A DNA stretch of 64,000 bases from an uncultured beta proteobacterium. GTDB lineage: Bacteria; Pseudomonadota; Gammaproteobacteria; Burkholderiales; SG8-39. Shown in pieces: positions 40,844-53,114 of this stretch (within the stretch, counting starts at the first letter, position 1; each line of letters begins with the position of its first letter). Location of the stretch: NCBI GenBank assembly GCA_963820965.1, contig CAWGCC010000017.1, positions 30,242 to 94,241 of the forward strand. Reading direction: 5' to 3'. Under the pieces are notes generated by a model. The model did not search any database, was not told where the DNA came from, and saw only the letters and a program-made list of their open reading frames with translations. A program made the position numbers and the translations under genes.

Positions 40844-42259
40844 CTACGAGCTGTAGTACATGTCGAACTCGATCGGATGGGTGGTCATCCGGAACTTGGT
40901 GACCTCGTCCATCTTGAGCGCGATATAGGCGTCGAGCGTGTCGTTCGAGAACACTCCGCCGCGGGTGAGAAACTCGCGGTCCTTCTCGAGGTGCTCGAGC
41001 GCCATGTCGAGCGAGGAGCACACGTTCGGGACCTTCTTCGCCTCCTCGGGCGGGAGGTGGTAGAGGTCCTTGTCGAGCGGATCGCCGGGGTGGATCTTGT
41101 TCTGCACCCCGTCGAGGCCCGCCATCAGCATCGCCGCGAACGCGAGGTAGGGGTTGGTTGTCGGGTCGGGGAAGCGCACCTCGACGCGCCTCGCCTTGTC
41201 GCTCGACACGAACGGGATGCGGCACGCCGCCGAGCGGTTGCGCGCCGAGTAGGCGAGGTTGATCGGCGCCTCGAAGCCCGGCACCAGCCGCTTGTACGAG
41301 TTGGTCCCCGGGTTCGTGATCGCGTTCAGGGCCTTGGCGTGCTTGATGATGCCGCCGATGTAGTGCAGCGCGAAGTCCGAGAGCCCCGCGTAGCCGTTCC
41401 CGGCGAACAGGTTCTTGCCCTCCTTCCAGACCGACTGGTGGACGTGCATCCCGGAACCGTTATCGCCTACGATCGGCTTCGGCATGAAGGTCGCGGTCTT
41501 GCCGTAGGAGGCCGCGGTCATCCAGACCGTGTACTTCAGGATCTGCATCCAGTCGGCGCGCTGGACGAGCGGCGCGAAGCGCGTGCCGATCTCGTTCTGG
41601 CCGGCGGCCCCCACCTCGTGGTGATGAACCTCGACCTCGACCCCCTGTTGCTCGAGCGCGAGGGCCATCGCGTTGCGGATGTCGGCCAGGGTGTCGACCG
41701 GTGGTACCGGGAAGTAACCCCCTTTCACCGGCGCGCGGTGCGCCATGTTGCCGCCGTCGTACTCCTCGCCGGTCGACCAGGGCGCCTCCTCGGACTTGAT
41801 CCTGACGGAGCAGCCCGACATGTCGACGTTCCAGGTCACCGAGTCGAAGATGAAGAACTCCGGCTCCGGCCCGAAATAGGCGGTATCGCCAAGGCCGGTG
41901 GATTTGAGATAGGCCTCCGCCTTCTTCGCGATCGACCGCGGATCGCGGTCGTAGGGCTTCATGTCCGTGGGCTCGATCACGTCGCAGCTGATGTTCAGAA
42001 CCGGCTCGTCCGTGAAGGGGTCCAGCCGGGCGCTGACCGGGTCGGGCATCAACAGCATGTCGGAGGCCTCGATCCCTTTCCAGCCGGCGATCGACGAGCC
42101 GTCGAACGCGTGGCCGTTCTCGAACTTGTCCATGGTGAAGTACCTCGCGGGCACGGTGACGTGCTGCTCCTTGCCGCGGGTGTCTGTGAAGCGCAGGTCG
42201 ACGAACTTCACCTCCTTTTCCTTGATCAGCTTGATGACGTCGGTGGCAGTCATTGCCAT
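40844..42259 (-). CDS. glnA: glutamine synthetase, type I
   Basis: 471 aa. Contains [36 protein letters not shown] and the adenylylation-site context NLYHLPPEE. Confidence 0.95.
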   Translation of the reverse strand: MAMTATDVIKLIKEKEVKFVDLRFTDTRGKEQHVTVPARYFTMDKFENGHAFDGSSIAGWKGIEASDMLLMPDPVSARLDPFTDEPVLNISCDVIEPTDMKPYDRDPRSIAKKAEAYLKSTGLGDTAYFGPEPEFFIFDSVTWNVDMSGCSVRIKSEEAPWSTGEEYDGGNMAHRAPVKGGYFPVPPVDTLADIRNAMALALEQQGVEVEVHHHEVGAAGQNEIGTRFAPLVQRADWMQILKYTVWMTAASYGKTATFMPKPIVGDNGSGMHVHQSVWKEGKNLFAGNGYAGLSDFALHYIGGIIKHAKALNAITNPGTNSYKRLVPGFEAPINLAYSARNRSAACRIPFVSSDKARRVEVRFPDPTTNPYLAFAAMLMAGLDGVQNKIHPGDPLDKDLYHLPPEEAKKVPNVCSSLDMALEHLEKDREFLTRGGVFSNDTLDAYIALKMDEVTKFRMTTHPIEFDMYYSS

Positions 42260-42321
42260 GTTGTTCTCCTATCGGATGTTTGGGAGAGCGATCCCTGAGC
42301 GAGACAAAGCTTTGGCCTCAG

Positions 42322-42337
42322 TGCGAAAAGCGTGCCA
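42322..42337 (-). promoter_or_regulatory. sigma-54 (-24/-12) promoter of glnA
   Basis: The minus strand reads TGGCACGCTTTTCGCA, against the consensus TGGCACG-N4-TTGCW, about 60 nt upstream of the glnA ATG. Confidence 0.6.
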
Positions 42338-42400
42338 CGAGTCACGAAGGCGGTAGGTCCCTGTGCGGCAAGCAGCAGTTGATGTGACTCCAGGTGGGAT

Positions 42401-42447
42401 AGCACGCTATTGGTGCGTCGAACCTTATTGTGCACTATCGGGGTGCG
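42401..42447. promoter_or_regulatory. two NtrC-type enhancer half-palindromes upstream of glnA
   Basis: AGCACGCTATTGGTGCG (42401-42417) and TGCACTATCGGGGTGCG (42431-42447). Both fit the GCAC-N7-GGTGC pattern of the NtrC consensus TGCACCnnnnTGGTGCA. Confidence 0.5.
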
Positions 42448-42542
42448 GATCGCCGATCGAACCCCGGTGAACGGACGGGTCGCGGTCGGACGACTCCGGG
42501 GCTACACTGACAAAAAGGCGACTCCTAGAGCGACGCAAAGCC

Positions 42543-42998
42543 ATGGAAACGCTAAAGCAAATCCTCGATCGGGCGCGAACCCGTGCGGTTCAGTTGGGCT
42601 TGCCCTACACCGGTGCGCTGACGCCGGAGGAGGCGTTCGCGCTGCTGGAGGCCGAGCCCGGGGCAAAGCTCGTGGATGTGCGGACTCGCGCCGAATGGGA
42701 ATGGGTCGGGCGGGTGCCCGGTGCAGTTCTCATCGAGTGGAACGGCTGGCCGGGCGGCGTGCGCAACCCCGAGTTCGAGCGCGAGCTGCTCTCGAAGGTC
42801 CCGGACAAGACCCATCCGCTGCTCTTCATCTGCCGCAGCGGCGGGCGTTCGCATCACGCCGCAATCGCGGCCGCGCAGCTTGGCTATGCGCACGCGGTGA
42901 ATGTCCTCGAGGGCTTCGAAGGCGACAAGGACGCGACCGGCCACCGCGCGACCATCGGCGGATGGAAGGTCGCCGGGTTGCCGTGGGTGCAAAGCTGA
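42543..42998 (+). CDS. rhodanese-like domain protein
   Basis: 151 aa with the active-site loop FICRSGGRSHHAA. Confidence 0.8.
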   Translation: METLKQILDRARTRAVQLGLPYTGALTPEEAFALLEAEPGAKLVDVRTRAEWEWVGRVPGAVLIEWNGWPGGVRNPEFERELLSKVPDKTHPLLFICRSGGRSHHAAIAAAQLGYAHAVNVLEGFEGDKDATGHRATIGGWKVAGLPWVQS

Positions 42999-43237
42999 CC
43001 TCGCGCCGCGCGGCACCGCCGCGCGTAGCGGGGTCATCCCGGCGAACGCCGGGATCCAGCCGGCGCTTTCCCGCGAGTCCGCCCCGGACTACTGTCCTCC
43101 AGGATGACGACGCCGGAGTGACGACTCGAACACCCCGCGAGTGGTGACGCCGGACTGGGGACCGGGCCGCCGCCACCCGATCGGCGAGCGCCGCGCGCGG
43201 CGCAGGTCGTCAATCTTTCGCCACTAGAGCAGAGAGC

Positions 43238-43534
43238 ATGAACCCGTCCGACATCGCCGCCTTCACGCCGCCCAAGCGCGAGCATGTCATCGAGATGATC
43301 GTCGCCGCCAAGCCCAGGAAGAAGATCAAGTGGGCCGACGTCGCGAAGCAGGTCGGGAAGAGCAAGGAATGGGTGACCGCCGGTCGCCTCGGTCAGATCA
43401 CCTTCACGAGCGAACGAGCAGAAGTCGTGGGTAAGGTGTTCGAGCTGCCGCCGGAGGCGATCGAGCTGCTGCAGTTCGTGCCGCACAAGGGGTCGCTCCC
43501 GAGAATGGTGCCGACCGAGCCGAGATCATGCTGA
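43238..43534 (+). pseudogene. cynS: cyanase (CynS) N-terminal domain only, truncated
   Basis: Residues ...WVTAGRLGQITFTSERAEVVGKVFELPPEAIELLQFVPHKGSLPRMVPTEP align by eye to E. coli CynS ...[51 protein letters not shown]. The ORF then ends (RSC*), so the C-terminal catalytic domain is missing. Confidence 0.6.
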
Positions 43535-45126
43535 ACTCGATCCGAGGCACGCGCGGCATGGCGGTCGCGCCCCACGCGCTCGCCTCGCAGTCGGCGCTCG
43601 CCGTGCTCCGCGAAGGCGGCAACGCGATCGAGGCGATGGTTGCCGCCGCGGCGACGATAGCGGTCGTGTACCCGCACATGAACTCGATCGGCGGCGACTC
43701 GTTCTGGCTGGTGCATGTGCCGGGGCGCGACGTCCGCGGCATCGATGCGTGCGGGGCGGCGGCGCAGGCAGCGTCGATCGACTGGTACCGGGAGCGGGGG
43801 ATCACGGGCTCGATCCCGTTCCGCGGCGGCGCCGCGGCGAACACGGTGGCGGGCACGATCTCCGGCTGGGGGCTCGCGTCCGAAGCGGCAAAGGAGGCGG
43901 GCGGGAGGCTGCCGCTCTCGCGGCTGCTCGCCGACGCGATCCACTATGCCAATGCGGGGATCCCGGTGACGCGGAGCCAGCATGTCAACACCGCGGCCAA
44001 GCGCGAGGAGCTCGCGCCGCAGCCGGGTTTCGCGGCGCTCTTCATGCCCGGGGGCGACGCGCCGCCGGCCGGCACGCTCTTCATGCAGAGGACCCTCGGC
44101 GCGACGCTCGAGCGCCTCGTCGCGGCCGGGCTCGACGACTTCTATCGCGGCGAGCTCGCGCGCTCGTTCGCCGCGGACCTCGCGATCGCAGGCTCGCCAG
44201 TCGCGCTCGCCGATCTGGCGGCGCACCATGCGCAGTGGCGCGCACCGCTGATGCTCGAGCATTCGCTCGGCCGCGTTTACAACATGCCGCCGCCGACGCA
44301 GGGGCTCGTCAGCCTGCTCGTCCTCGGCCAGCTCGACCGGCTCGGCATCGGGACGCTCGATCCGCTCGGCGCGGACTACGTGCACCTCTGCGTCGAAGCC
44401 GTGAAGCGCGCATTCATGATCCGCGACCGGCACATCACCGATCCGGCCTACATGCGCGTGGATCCGAGGGCCTTCCTCGCACCCGCGGCGATCGACGACC
44501 TCGCGGCGATGATCGACCGCGCCCGCGCCGCGCCGTGGGGCGCGGGCAAGGGGCCCGCCGACACGATCTGGATGGGCGTCGTCGACGGCGACGGACGCGC
44601 AGTGAGCTTCATCCAGAGCGTCTATCACGAGTTCGGATCGGGGGTGGTGCTCAAGGGAAGCGGCGTATGCTGGCAGAACCGCGGCTGTTCCTTCAGCCTG
44701 AACCCGGGCGCGCTCAACGCGCTGCGGCCGCGCCGCAAGCCGTTCCACACGCTCAATCCGGCGCTGGCCCTGCTCCACGACGGCCGCACGATGGTCTACG
44801 GCAACATGGGGGGCGACGGCCAGCCGCAGACGCAGAGCGCGGTGTTCACGCGCACGCTGGTCCACGGCATGAATCCCGCGGCGGCGATCGCCGCACCGCG
44901 CTGGCTGCTCGGACGCACGTGGGGCCAGACGACCGAGACGCTCAAGCTCGAGGGACGCTTCGCGCCCGAGGTGATCGCCGACCTGCGCCGGCGCGGGCAC
45001 GAGGTCGACGTCTTCGCCGACTTCGACGAGACGATGGGTCACGCCGGCTGCGTGATCCGGCACGCGAACGGAAGCTTCGAGGGCGGAACCGACCCCCGCA
45101 GCGACGGCGCGGTGGCGGGGTTCTAA
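43528..45126 (+). CDS. ggt: gamma-glutamyltransferase family protein
   Basis: 532 aa. Contains GGNAIEAMVAAAATIAVVYPHMNSIGGD and the autoprocessing-site context GPADTIWMGVVD. Confidence 0.85.
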   Translation: MLNSIRGTRGMAVAPHALASQSALAVLREGGNAIEAMVAAAATIAVVYPHMNSIGGDSFWLVHVPGRDVRGIDACGAAAQAASIDWYRERGITGSIPFRGGAAANTVAGTISGWGLASEAAKEAGGRLPLSRLLADAIHYANAGIPVTRSQHVNTAAKREELAPQPGFAALFMPGGDAPPAGTLFMQRTLGATLERLVAAGLDDFYRGELARSFAADLAIAGSPVALADLAAHHAQWRAPLMLEHSLGRVYNMPPPTQGLVSLLVLGQLDRLGIGTLDPLGADYVHLCVEAVKRAFMIRDRHITDPAYMRVDPRAFLAPAAIDDLAAMIDRARAAPWGAGKGPADTIWMGVVDGDGRAVSFIQSVYHEFGSGVVLKGSGVCWQNRGCSFSLNPGALNALRPRRKPFHTLNPALALLHDGRTMVYGNMGGDGQPQTQSAVFTRTLVHGMNPAAAIAAPRWLLGRTWGQTTETLKLEGRFAPEVIADLRRRGHEVDVFADFDETMGHAGCVIRHANGSFEGGTDPRSDGAVAGF

Positions 45127-45150
45127 CGCTGCGGCAGCCGCGCCGGGCAG

Positions 45151-45441
45151 CTACAGCGAGTACCCCGCGGCAAGCAGGTCGTGGGTGTCCTTGTGCCGCC
45201 GCATGTAGGCCCGCACGTACCCGCAGACCGGCGCGACCTTGAGGCCGTTCAAGCGTGCGTAGTCGAGCGCGGCGCGCACTACCTGCGCCGCGAGCCCGCG
45301 GTTTTCCAGATGGCGGGGGACCTCGCTGTGAACGAGCCGCATCACATCGCCCGCCATCCGGTAGTCGGCACGGCAGAGCCCACCGTCGAAGAACGCCTCG
45401 AAGCGGCTCGCCGCCGGATTGTGCGTGACGGCGAGGTTCAC
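45151..45441 (-). CDS. small GNAT-like acetyltransferase (YjdJ-like)
   Basis: This is the last 96 codons of the listed ORF 45151..45795. The GTG start at 45441 forms a GTGA overlap with the uppP stop. Motif [39 protein letters not shown]. Confidence 0.7.
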   Translation of the reverse strand: MNLAVTHNPAASRFEAFFDGGLCRADYRMAGDVMRLVHSEVPRHLENRGLAAQVVRAALDYARLNGLKVAPVCGYVRAYMRRHKDTHDLLAAGYSL

Positions 45442-46262
45442 GCTTGCGTCCAATCGACGATACCGCCGTAGGCGGTGATGAGAACGATCGCGCCGAACAC
45501 GATCCGGTACCACGCAAACGGCCTGAAGTCGTGCGTGGCGACATAGCGGATCAGCCAGCGCACGCAGACAAACGCCGACACGAACGCCGAGACGAGCCCG
45601 ACCGCGAGCATGCCGAGATCGTCGGCGGAGAAGTCCGCGCGGTGCCTGTAGAGGTCGTAGGCGCCGGCCGCGACGAGCGTCGGCACGGCGAGGAAGAACG
45701 AGAATTCGGTCGCCGCTTTCCGGGACAGGCCGAAGAGCATGGCGCCGATGATCGTCGCGCCGGAGCGCGACGTGCCGGGGATCAGCGCGAAGCACTGCGC
45801 GAAACCCACTTTGAGCGCATCGCGCCAGGTCATGTCATCAACGCTTTCGATACGCGCGCGCCGCGCCCGTCTCTCGACCCAGAGGATCACGAATGCGCCG
45901 GCGATGAACGCGGTTGCCACCGGCACCGGCCTGAAGAGGTGTGCCTTGATCAGTCCGCCGAGCAACAAGCCGAGAACCGCCGCAGGGATGAACGCCACCC
46001 CCAGGTTCACGACGAACCGCTGCGCAGCGCGGTCCGCGGCAAGCCCCGCGAGCACCGCGAGAAACTTCGCGCGGTACTCCCACACGACCGCGAGCATCGC
46101 GCCGGTCTGGATCGCGAGATTGAACGTCTTCGCCTTCTCGCCGTTGAAGCCGAGCAGATCCGCGGCGAGGATCAGGTGGCCGGTGCTCGAGACCGGCAGG
46201 AACTCGGTGAGGCCTTCGACGACGCCGAGCACGAGCGCCTTGATGAGGAGTGCGATATCCAT
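45438..46262 (-). CDS. uppP: undecaprenyl-diphosphate phosphatase
   Basis: [32 protein letters not shown]... and [10 protein letters not shown]. Confidence 0.9.
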   Translation of the reverse strand: MDIALLIKALVLGVVEGLTEFLPVSSTGHLILAADLLGFNGEKAKTFNLAIQTGAMLAVVWEYRAKFLAVLAGLAADRAAQRFVVNLGVAFIPAAVLGLLLGGLIKAHLFRPVPVATAFIAGAFVILWVERRARRARIESVDDMTWRDALKVGFAQCFALIPGTSRSGATIIGAMLFGLSRKAATEFSFFLAVPTLVAAGAYDLYRHRADFSADDLGMLAVGLVSAFVSAFVCVRWLIRYVATHDFRPFAWYRIVFGAIVLITAYGGIVDWTQA

Positions 46263-46303
46263 GCCGCCGGCATTCTACCGGCCGGCGCTGCGACAATCGG
46301 ACA

Positions 46304-46960
46304 GTGAACCCGTCCGCGCAGATCGACCTCTATTGCGAGCGCACCGACTGGAGCTTCTGGTCGGAACCGCTGAACGCGCTCACGAACCTAGCGTTCCTGC
46401 TGGCGGCAGCGCTGATCGTCGCCCGGGTCCGGCGCGAAGAGGGCCGGCTGCCTTGGGATGCGGGCGTGCTGGCCGCCCTGACGGCACTGGTCGGCGTGGG
46501 CAGCTTTCTCTTCCATACCTTCGCCACGGTCTGGGGCGCCTGGCTGGACGTAGGCTTCATCGGCGTGTTCGTCTATTTCTTCCTCGCCCGGTTCCTGGCG
46601 CGTATCGGCGGCTTGAGGCGGATCGCGATCCTCGGCGGACTCGTCGGCTACTGGGTACTCGAGCGGGTGGTGCTGGCAGCGTTTCCCGCGGGAACGCTCG
46701 CCGGCTCGATCATGTACCTGCCGGCGCTCGCGACGCTGGCCGCCATGGCCGTGTTCGCGTGGCGGCGGCAGAGCCCGGCGGCGGCGCGTCTCGCCGCCGC
46801 TGCGGCTGTGTTCCTCGTGGGCCTCGCGTTCCGGACGAGCGACCCGGTGGTGTGCACGGCTTGGCCGGCGGGCACCCACTTCGTGTGGCACTGTCTGAGC
46901 GCGTGGACGCTTTACTTGGCGACGACGTCGCTCTTCGCGGCGCGAACAAGCAGGGGCTGA
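46304..46960 (+). CDS. ceramidase-like integral membrane protein
   Basis: IDLYCERTDWSFWSEPLNALTNLAFL... followed by several TM segments. The start is either GTG 46304 or the listed 46250. Confidence 0.55.
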   Translation: MNPSAQIDLYCERTDWSFWSEPLNALTNLAFLLAAALIVARVRREEGRLPWDAGVLAALTALVGVGSFLFHTFATVWGAWLDVGFIGVFVYFFLARFLARIGGLRRIAILGGLVGYWVLERVVLAAFPAGTLAGSIMYLPALATLAAMAVFAWRRQSPAAARLAAAAAVFLVGLAFRTSDPVVCTAWPAGTHFVWHCLSAWTLYLATTSLFAARTSRG

Positions 46961-46999
46961 ACGGATCAGGGCGGGATCGACCGCCCTGCGGCAGGCGTG

Positions 47000-47275
47000 T
47001 CAGGGTTTCGGCAGCGTCCGGAAGCCGAAGGCCGGCAGCAGCAGGGACCTAAGAGTCGGTAGCCGTCGCTCTGCGACGACATCCGTCCCCGGGCTCGGAG
47101 CGGCCGGGCTCAGCACCCGGCGGGCGAGAGGCGACAGGACAATCGAACGGTCCCGCAGTTCCGCAGGAACGTTGAACTCGGCCCACTCATGGAGGTTCAC
47201 ATCGTCGATCACGTCTGTCGCCTGCGAGAGACCTTTTTCCCTTGGTCGGACCGGCGCACCGATCCTTTCGTTCAC
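47000..47275 (-). CDS. hypothetical small protein
   Basis: A 91-aa ORF in an otherwise empty 0.5-kb gap. The composition is plausible but I recognise no family. Confidence 0.3.
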   Translation of the reverse strand: MNERIGAPVRPREKGLSQATDVIDDVNLHEWAEFNVPAELRDRSIVLSPLARRVLSPAAPSPGTDVVAERRLPTLRSLLLPAFGFRTLPKP

Positions 47276-47394
47276 TACGAGTCTAAGCGCCTGCCGGACA
47301 TCCGGGTGTGAAGAATTGTCAAAGCGCGGCGCTCTTCACGACAACGCAGCAACCGGCGTGCCCGATGACAACGTCCTAGCCGGTGTGCACTGCG

Positions 47395-47426
47395 CCAGAA
47401 CGAAATACGGCCGCCCGCAGGCGGCC
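47395..47426 (-). terminator. possible terminator hairpin after the yidB-like gene
   Basis: The minus strand reads GGCCGCC-TGCG-GGCGGCC followed by GTATTTCGTTCT. The U-tract is weak, and an A6 run lies on the other side. Confidence 0.35.
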
Positions 47427-47454
47427 GCTTCGAAAAAAGCGAACCGGCGTCGCG

Positions 47455-48039
47455 CTAGCCGAGGCGCCGCTGGATCTCCGCGACGCTTTGGGCCAGGACG
47501 TCCAGATCGGGCACCGCGCCCTGTGGCGTCAGCTTGTCCACGACGCCCGGCAGGAGCTCGGACAGCCCCGCCGAGGCGTCGGCCTCGCTCAAACCCGCCT
47601 GCGCCGCGATCTGCGACAAGCCGTCCCGACCGAAGACCTGCGCAATGACCTCGGGCGGGATCGACATGTTCTGGCCAGTGCCGACCCAGGAGTTGGCCTG
47701 TTCACCGTAGCCCATGCGCTGGAACTGCTCGAGCAACCCGCCGAGGCCGCCCATCCCGCCGGTTCCACTTCTGCCGCCGAGCACGCTGCCGAGCAGCCCG
47801 CCGAGGTCACCCATTCCGCCCATCCCCGCTTGTTGACCGCCGCCGGTCTGGCGGCCGGAAATCATCGCGAGCACGACCGGCAGGAGCGCCATCAGGATGC
47901 CGCTCGTACCGCCCCCCATGCCGGCACCCAGCGGCCCCCCCACCCCGCCGCCCGGCGCCTGCCGTTGCGGCTGCTGCCCCATCGCCTGGCCGAGTCCGCC
48001 TTGCGCTAGCCCGCCGAGAAGTTCGTCGAGAAGACCCAT
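47455..48039 (-). CDS. YidB family protein (DUF937)
   Basis: Start moved to MGLLDELLGGL (ATG 48039). It has a Gly-rich middle and a C-terminal ANSWVGTGQNMSIPPEVIAQVFG...LSELLPGVVDKLTPQG. Confidence 0.7.
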   Translation of the reverse strand: MGLLDELLGGLAQGGLGQAMGQQPQRQAPGGGVGGPLGAGMGGGTSGILMALLPVVLAMISGRQTGGGQQAGMGGMGDLGGLLGSVLGGRSGTGGMGGLGGLLEQFQRMGYGEQANSWVGTGQNMSIPPEVIAQVFGRDGLSQIAAQAGLSEADASAGLSELLPGVVDKLTPQGAVPDLDVLAQSVAEIQRRLG

Positions 48040-48100
48040 GTGACCTCCAGTGTGTGACGGGGCACGTGCCCCTACCGCCTCAGCGAGGATGATACGCCGC

Positions 48101-48760
48101 TCATCTTTCGCCGCGGTTGCGGACCAGCTCCTCGACGAGGACGCGGAGCTCGGCGACCTCGGCCTTGAGCGCGGCGAACTCCTCGGCGGCAACGCCTGTC
48201 GGCGCCGCTTGCGGGCTACCGACCCTGTCGGTCTGGACTGCGGCCACGTCCACCGGGCCGGACAGCAGATGCGCCCAGCGACTCTCCCGTGAGCCCGGCA
48301 ACCGGGGGAGCTGAACGGCGAGCGGCCCGCCGGCGGGCGCGGCGCGGGCGGCGAGTGCCTGCAGAGCCGCCTCAACCGCGGCAAGATCGGGAAAACGGTG
48401 CAGGCGATCGGTGTTGGTGCGCAGTTCGCCCGGCGTCTGCGGCCCGCGCAGCATCAGCGCCGCAAGCAGCGCAACGGCCGGGTCGTCGACATGAAGAACC
48501 CGTTCGAGATTGTGCGCGTACCGCATCACGCGCGAGCCGCTCGACTCGATGATCAAGGACAGCGGGCGCAGCGCGTCGATCGCCGCCTGCACCTCGCCTT
48601 CCGTCGCCTGCATCAGCGGATCGCGGTTGTTCTTCTGGTTGCAGCCCGCGGTGAGCGCGTTGAGCGACAGCGGGTAGGTGTCGGGGACCGTGCGCTCCTT
48701 CTCGACGAGCACGCCGAGGACGCGCGTCTCGAGCTCCGACAGCTGCGGCAGCATGGTCAC
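48101..48760 (-). CDS. YceH family protein (DUF480)
   Basis: [42 protein letters not shown]...[13 protein letters not shown]...[14 protein letters not shown] closely parallels E. coli YceH. Confidence 0.8.
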   Translation of the reverse strand: MTMLPQLSELETRVLGVLVEKERTVPDTYPLSLNALTAGCNQKNNRDPLMQATEGEVQAAIDALRPLSLIIESSGSRVMRYAHNLERVLHVDDPAVALLAALMLRGPQTPGELRTNTDRLHRFPDLAAVEAALQALAARAAPAGGPLAVQLPRLPGSRESRWAHLLSGPVDVAAVQTDRVGSPQAAPTGVAAEEFAALKAEVAELRVLVEELVRNRGER

Positions 48761-48781
48761 CGCTCGAGGCAGCCCGCGCGC

Positions 48782-50840
<2,059 letters not shown>

Positions 50841-50975
50841 GGACCCCCACGTCGATGCCGGTAAGGTACTCCAATGCAAGGCGGGTTTCAACGCCATTGC
50901 CGCATCGCGGAACCGTGGCTGCGGTGCGGGTCCCGATAGAATGTCTCGTCGACAGCCAACGAGGAGGAAGCGAAC

Positions 50976-52208
50976 ATGACCAAGCCGGTGCAGCAGCGCA
51001 GAAGGTTCATCAGGCACGGCGCGGCGCTCTCGGCCGCCGCGGCGGCGGGAGCCTTGAGCTTTCCCGCGATCGTCCGCGGGCAGGCGGGGCCGATCAGGAT
51101 CGGGATCCTGCACCCGGTGACGGGGCCGCTTGCCTACTCGGGCCAGCTCTGCCGGGTCGGGGCGCAGCTCGCCGTCGACGAGATCAACTCGGGCGGCGGC
51201 ATCAAGGCGCTCGGCGGCGCGAGGATCGAGCCGATCTACGGCGATGCGCAGTCGAAGCCCGAGGTCGGCGTAGCCGAGGTGGAGAAGATGAACGAGGCCG
51301 GCGCCGCCGCGATCGTCGGGGCGTACGCGAGCGCGATCTGCCTCGCGACCACCCAGGCCGCGGCGAAGCACAACCTCCCGCATGTCGTCGACGTCGGCGT
51401 CGCCGACCAGATCGTCGACCGGGGCCTGAAGAACACCTTCCGCTTCGGTCCCGGCTACCGGCTGATCACCACCAACGGCGTCAACTACTTCCACATCCTG
51501 AACACCCTCGCCGGCAAACCGGCGAAGACGGTCATGATCATCCACGAGGAGTCCCTGTTCGGCACCGGGACCGCGAACCTCTTGTCGCAGCAGCTCCCCG
51601 GCCTCGGCTACCAGGTCGTCGAGGTCGTGAAGCACGCGAATCCCACACGCGACTTCAACAACATCGTGCTGCGCATGAAGGCGCTCAACCCCGACGTCGT
51701 GATCCCCGCCAACTACTACAACGAGTACGCGCTGCTGGTGCGCACGATGAAGCAGCAGAACGTCCAGCCCAAGGCGATCTTCTCGGTGCTCGGCGGCGCG
51801 GCTTCCTCGTTCAAGTTCGTGAAGGAGTTCCCCGACGTCGCGAACGGCATCCTCGACGTCAACCACTGGTACAACCCCAGGGACAAGCGCGCCCTCGCCC
51901 TGCGAAAGAAAGTCGAGGCGATGAAGGACCAGTACTACACGTACGAGGTGTTCCTCAACTATCAGTGCGTGTACCTGCTCGCCGACGCGATCGAGCGCGC
52001 GAGATCGCGCGACCGCGCCGCGATCCTCGACGCGCTCGCGAACTCGACGTGGGACAAGCACTTCATGCCATACGGCCCGACCAAGTTCGTCGGCGGCCAG
52101 AACCAGGGCGCGGCGCCGCTGATGATGCAGGTGCTGAAGAACGACATCCGCGTGGTGCTGCCGAACACCTGGGCGGAGACCGACCCGGTCTATCCGGTGC
52201 GCGCATAG
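50976..52208 (+). CDS. ABC transporter substrate-binding protein (Leu/Ile/Val-binding-like family), Tat-type signal
   Basis: MTKPVQQRRRFIRHGAALSAAAAAGALSFPAIVRG, followed by IRIGILHPVTGPLAYSG... in a periplasmic-binding-protein type I pattern. Confidence 0.85.
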   Translation: MTKPVQQRRRFIRHGAALSAAAAAGALSFPAIVRGQAGPIRIGILHPVTGPLAYSGQLCRVGAQLAVDEINSGGGIKALGGARIEPIYGDAQSKPEVGVAEVEKMNEAGAAAIVGAYASAICLATTQAAAKHNLPHVVDVGVADQIVDRGLKNTFRFGPGYRLITTNGVNYFHILNTLAGKPAKTVMIIHEESLFGTGTANLLSQQLPGLGYQVVEVVKHANPTRDFNNIVLRMKALNPDVVIPANYYNEYALLVRTMKQQNVQPKAIFSVLGGAASSFKFVKEFPDVANGILDVNHWYNPRDKRALALRKKVEAMKDQYYTYEVFLNYQCVYLLADAIERARSRDRAAILDALANSTWDKHFMPYGPTKFVGGQNQGAAPLMMQVLKNDIRVVLPNTWAETDPVYPVRA

Positions 52209-52241
52209 CCCGCCACCGGCGGGAAGGGACACGGGAGGCCA

Positions 52242-53114
52242 ATGCTCGAGCTCTCCATCCTCTTCCCGTCCATCCTCAACGGGCTGACGACCGGCGCGGT
52301 GTACGCGCTGATCGCGCTCGGCCTCACGCTGATCTACGGCGTGCTGCACATCATCAACTTCGCGCATGGTGCGGCGCTGATGGTCGCGCTCTACGGCGTC
52401 TACTTCCTGCACCGGAAGCTCGGGCTGGACCCGTACGCCTCGCTCCCGATCATGGTGCCGGCGATGTTCGCCCTCGGCTACGGCCTGCAGCGCTTCGTGA
52501 TCGGGGCGGCGAGCCACGGCAAGGACGAGAACATCCTGCTCGTGACGCTCGGCCTCGCGATCGTGCTCGAGAACCTGGCGCTCTACTGGTTCAAGTCCGA
52601 CACCCGGACGATCGACACGCCGTACACGCTCTCGACCGTCAATATCGCGGGCGCGCTCATCTCCACGCCGAAGGTGGTCGCTTTCGCCGGTGCGCTGGCA
52701 ACCGCCGCGTGTCTGCTCGCGATCATCGGCCGCACCGACCTCGGGCGCGCGATCCGGGCGATCGCGAAGGAGCGCCAGGGCGCGCGGCTCGTCGGCATCG
52801 ACGTGGACCACGTGTTCGCGATGAGCTTCGGCATCGGGCTCGCCTGCCTCGGCGCGGCGGCCTGCTTCCTGCTCCCGGCCTATTACGTCAACCCCAACGT
52901 CGGGAACGGCTTCGTGCTGATCGCGTTCACCATCGTGGTGCTCGGCGGAATGGGCAGCTTCGCCGGCGCGCTGCTTGGCGGCTTCATCATCGGCGTCGTC
53001 GAATCGGTCGGCGGCCTCTGGCTCGGCGAGAGCCTGGGCCAGATCGGGATCTTCCTGATCTTCATCGCGGTGCTGCTGTTCCGGCCGCAGGGCCTGTTCG
53101 GCTCGAAAGTCTGA
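52242..53114 (+). CDS. branched-chain-amino-acid-type ABC permease (LivH-like)
   Basis: 290 aa. Contains LNGLTTGAVYALIALGLTLIYGVLHIINFAHG. Confidence 0.85.
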   Translation: MLELSILFPSILNGLTTGAVYALIALGLTLIYGVLHIINFAHGAALMVALYGVYFLHRKLGLDPYASLPIMVPAMFALGYGLQRFVIGAASHGKDENILLVTLGLAIVLENLALYWFKSDTRTIDTPYTLSTVNIAGALISTPKVVAFAGALATAACLLAIIGRTDLGRAIRAIAKERQGARLVGIDVDHVFAMSFGIGLACLGAAACFLLPAYYVNPNVGNGFVLIAFTIVVLGGMGSFAGALLGGFIIGVVESVGGLWLGESLGQIGIFLIFIAVLLFRPQGLFGSKV

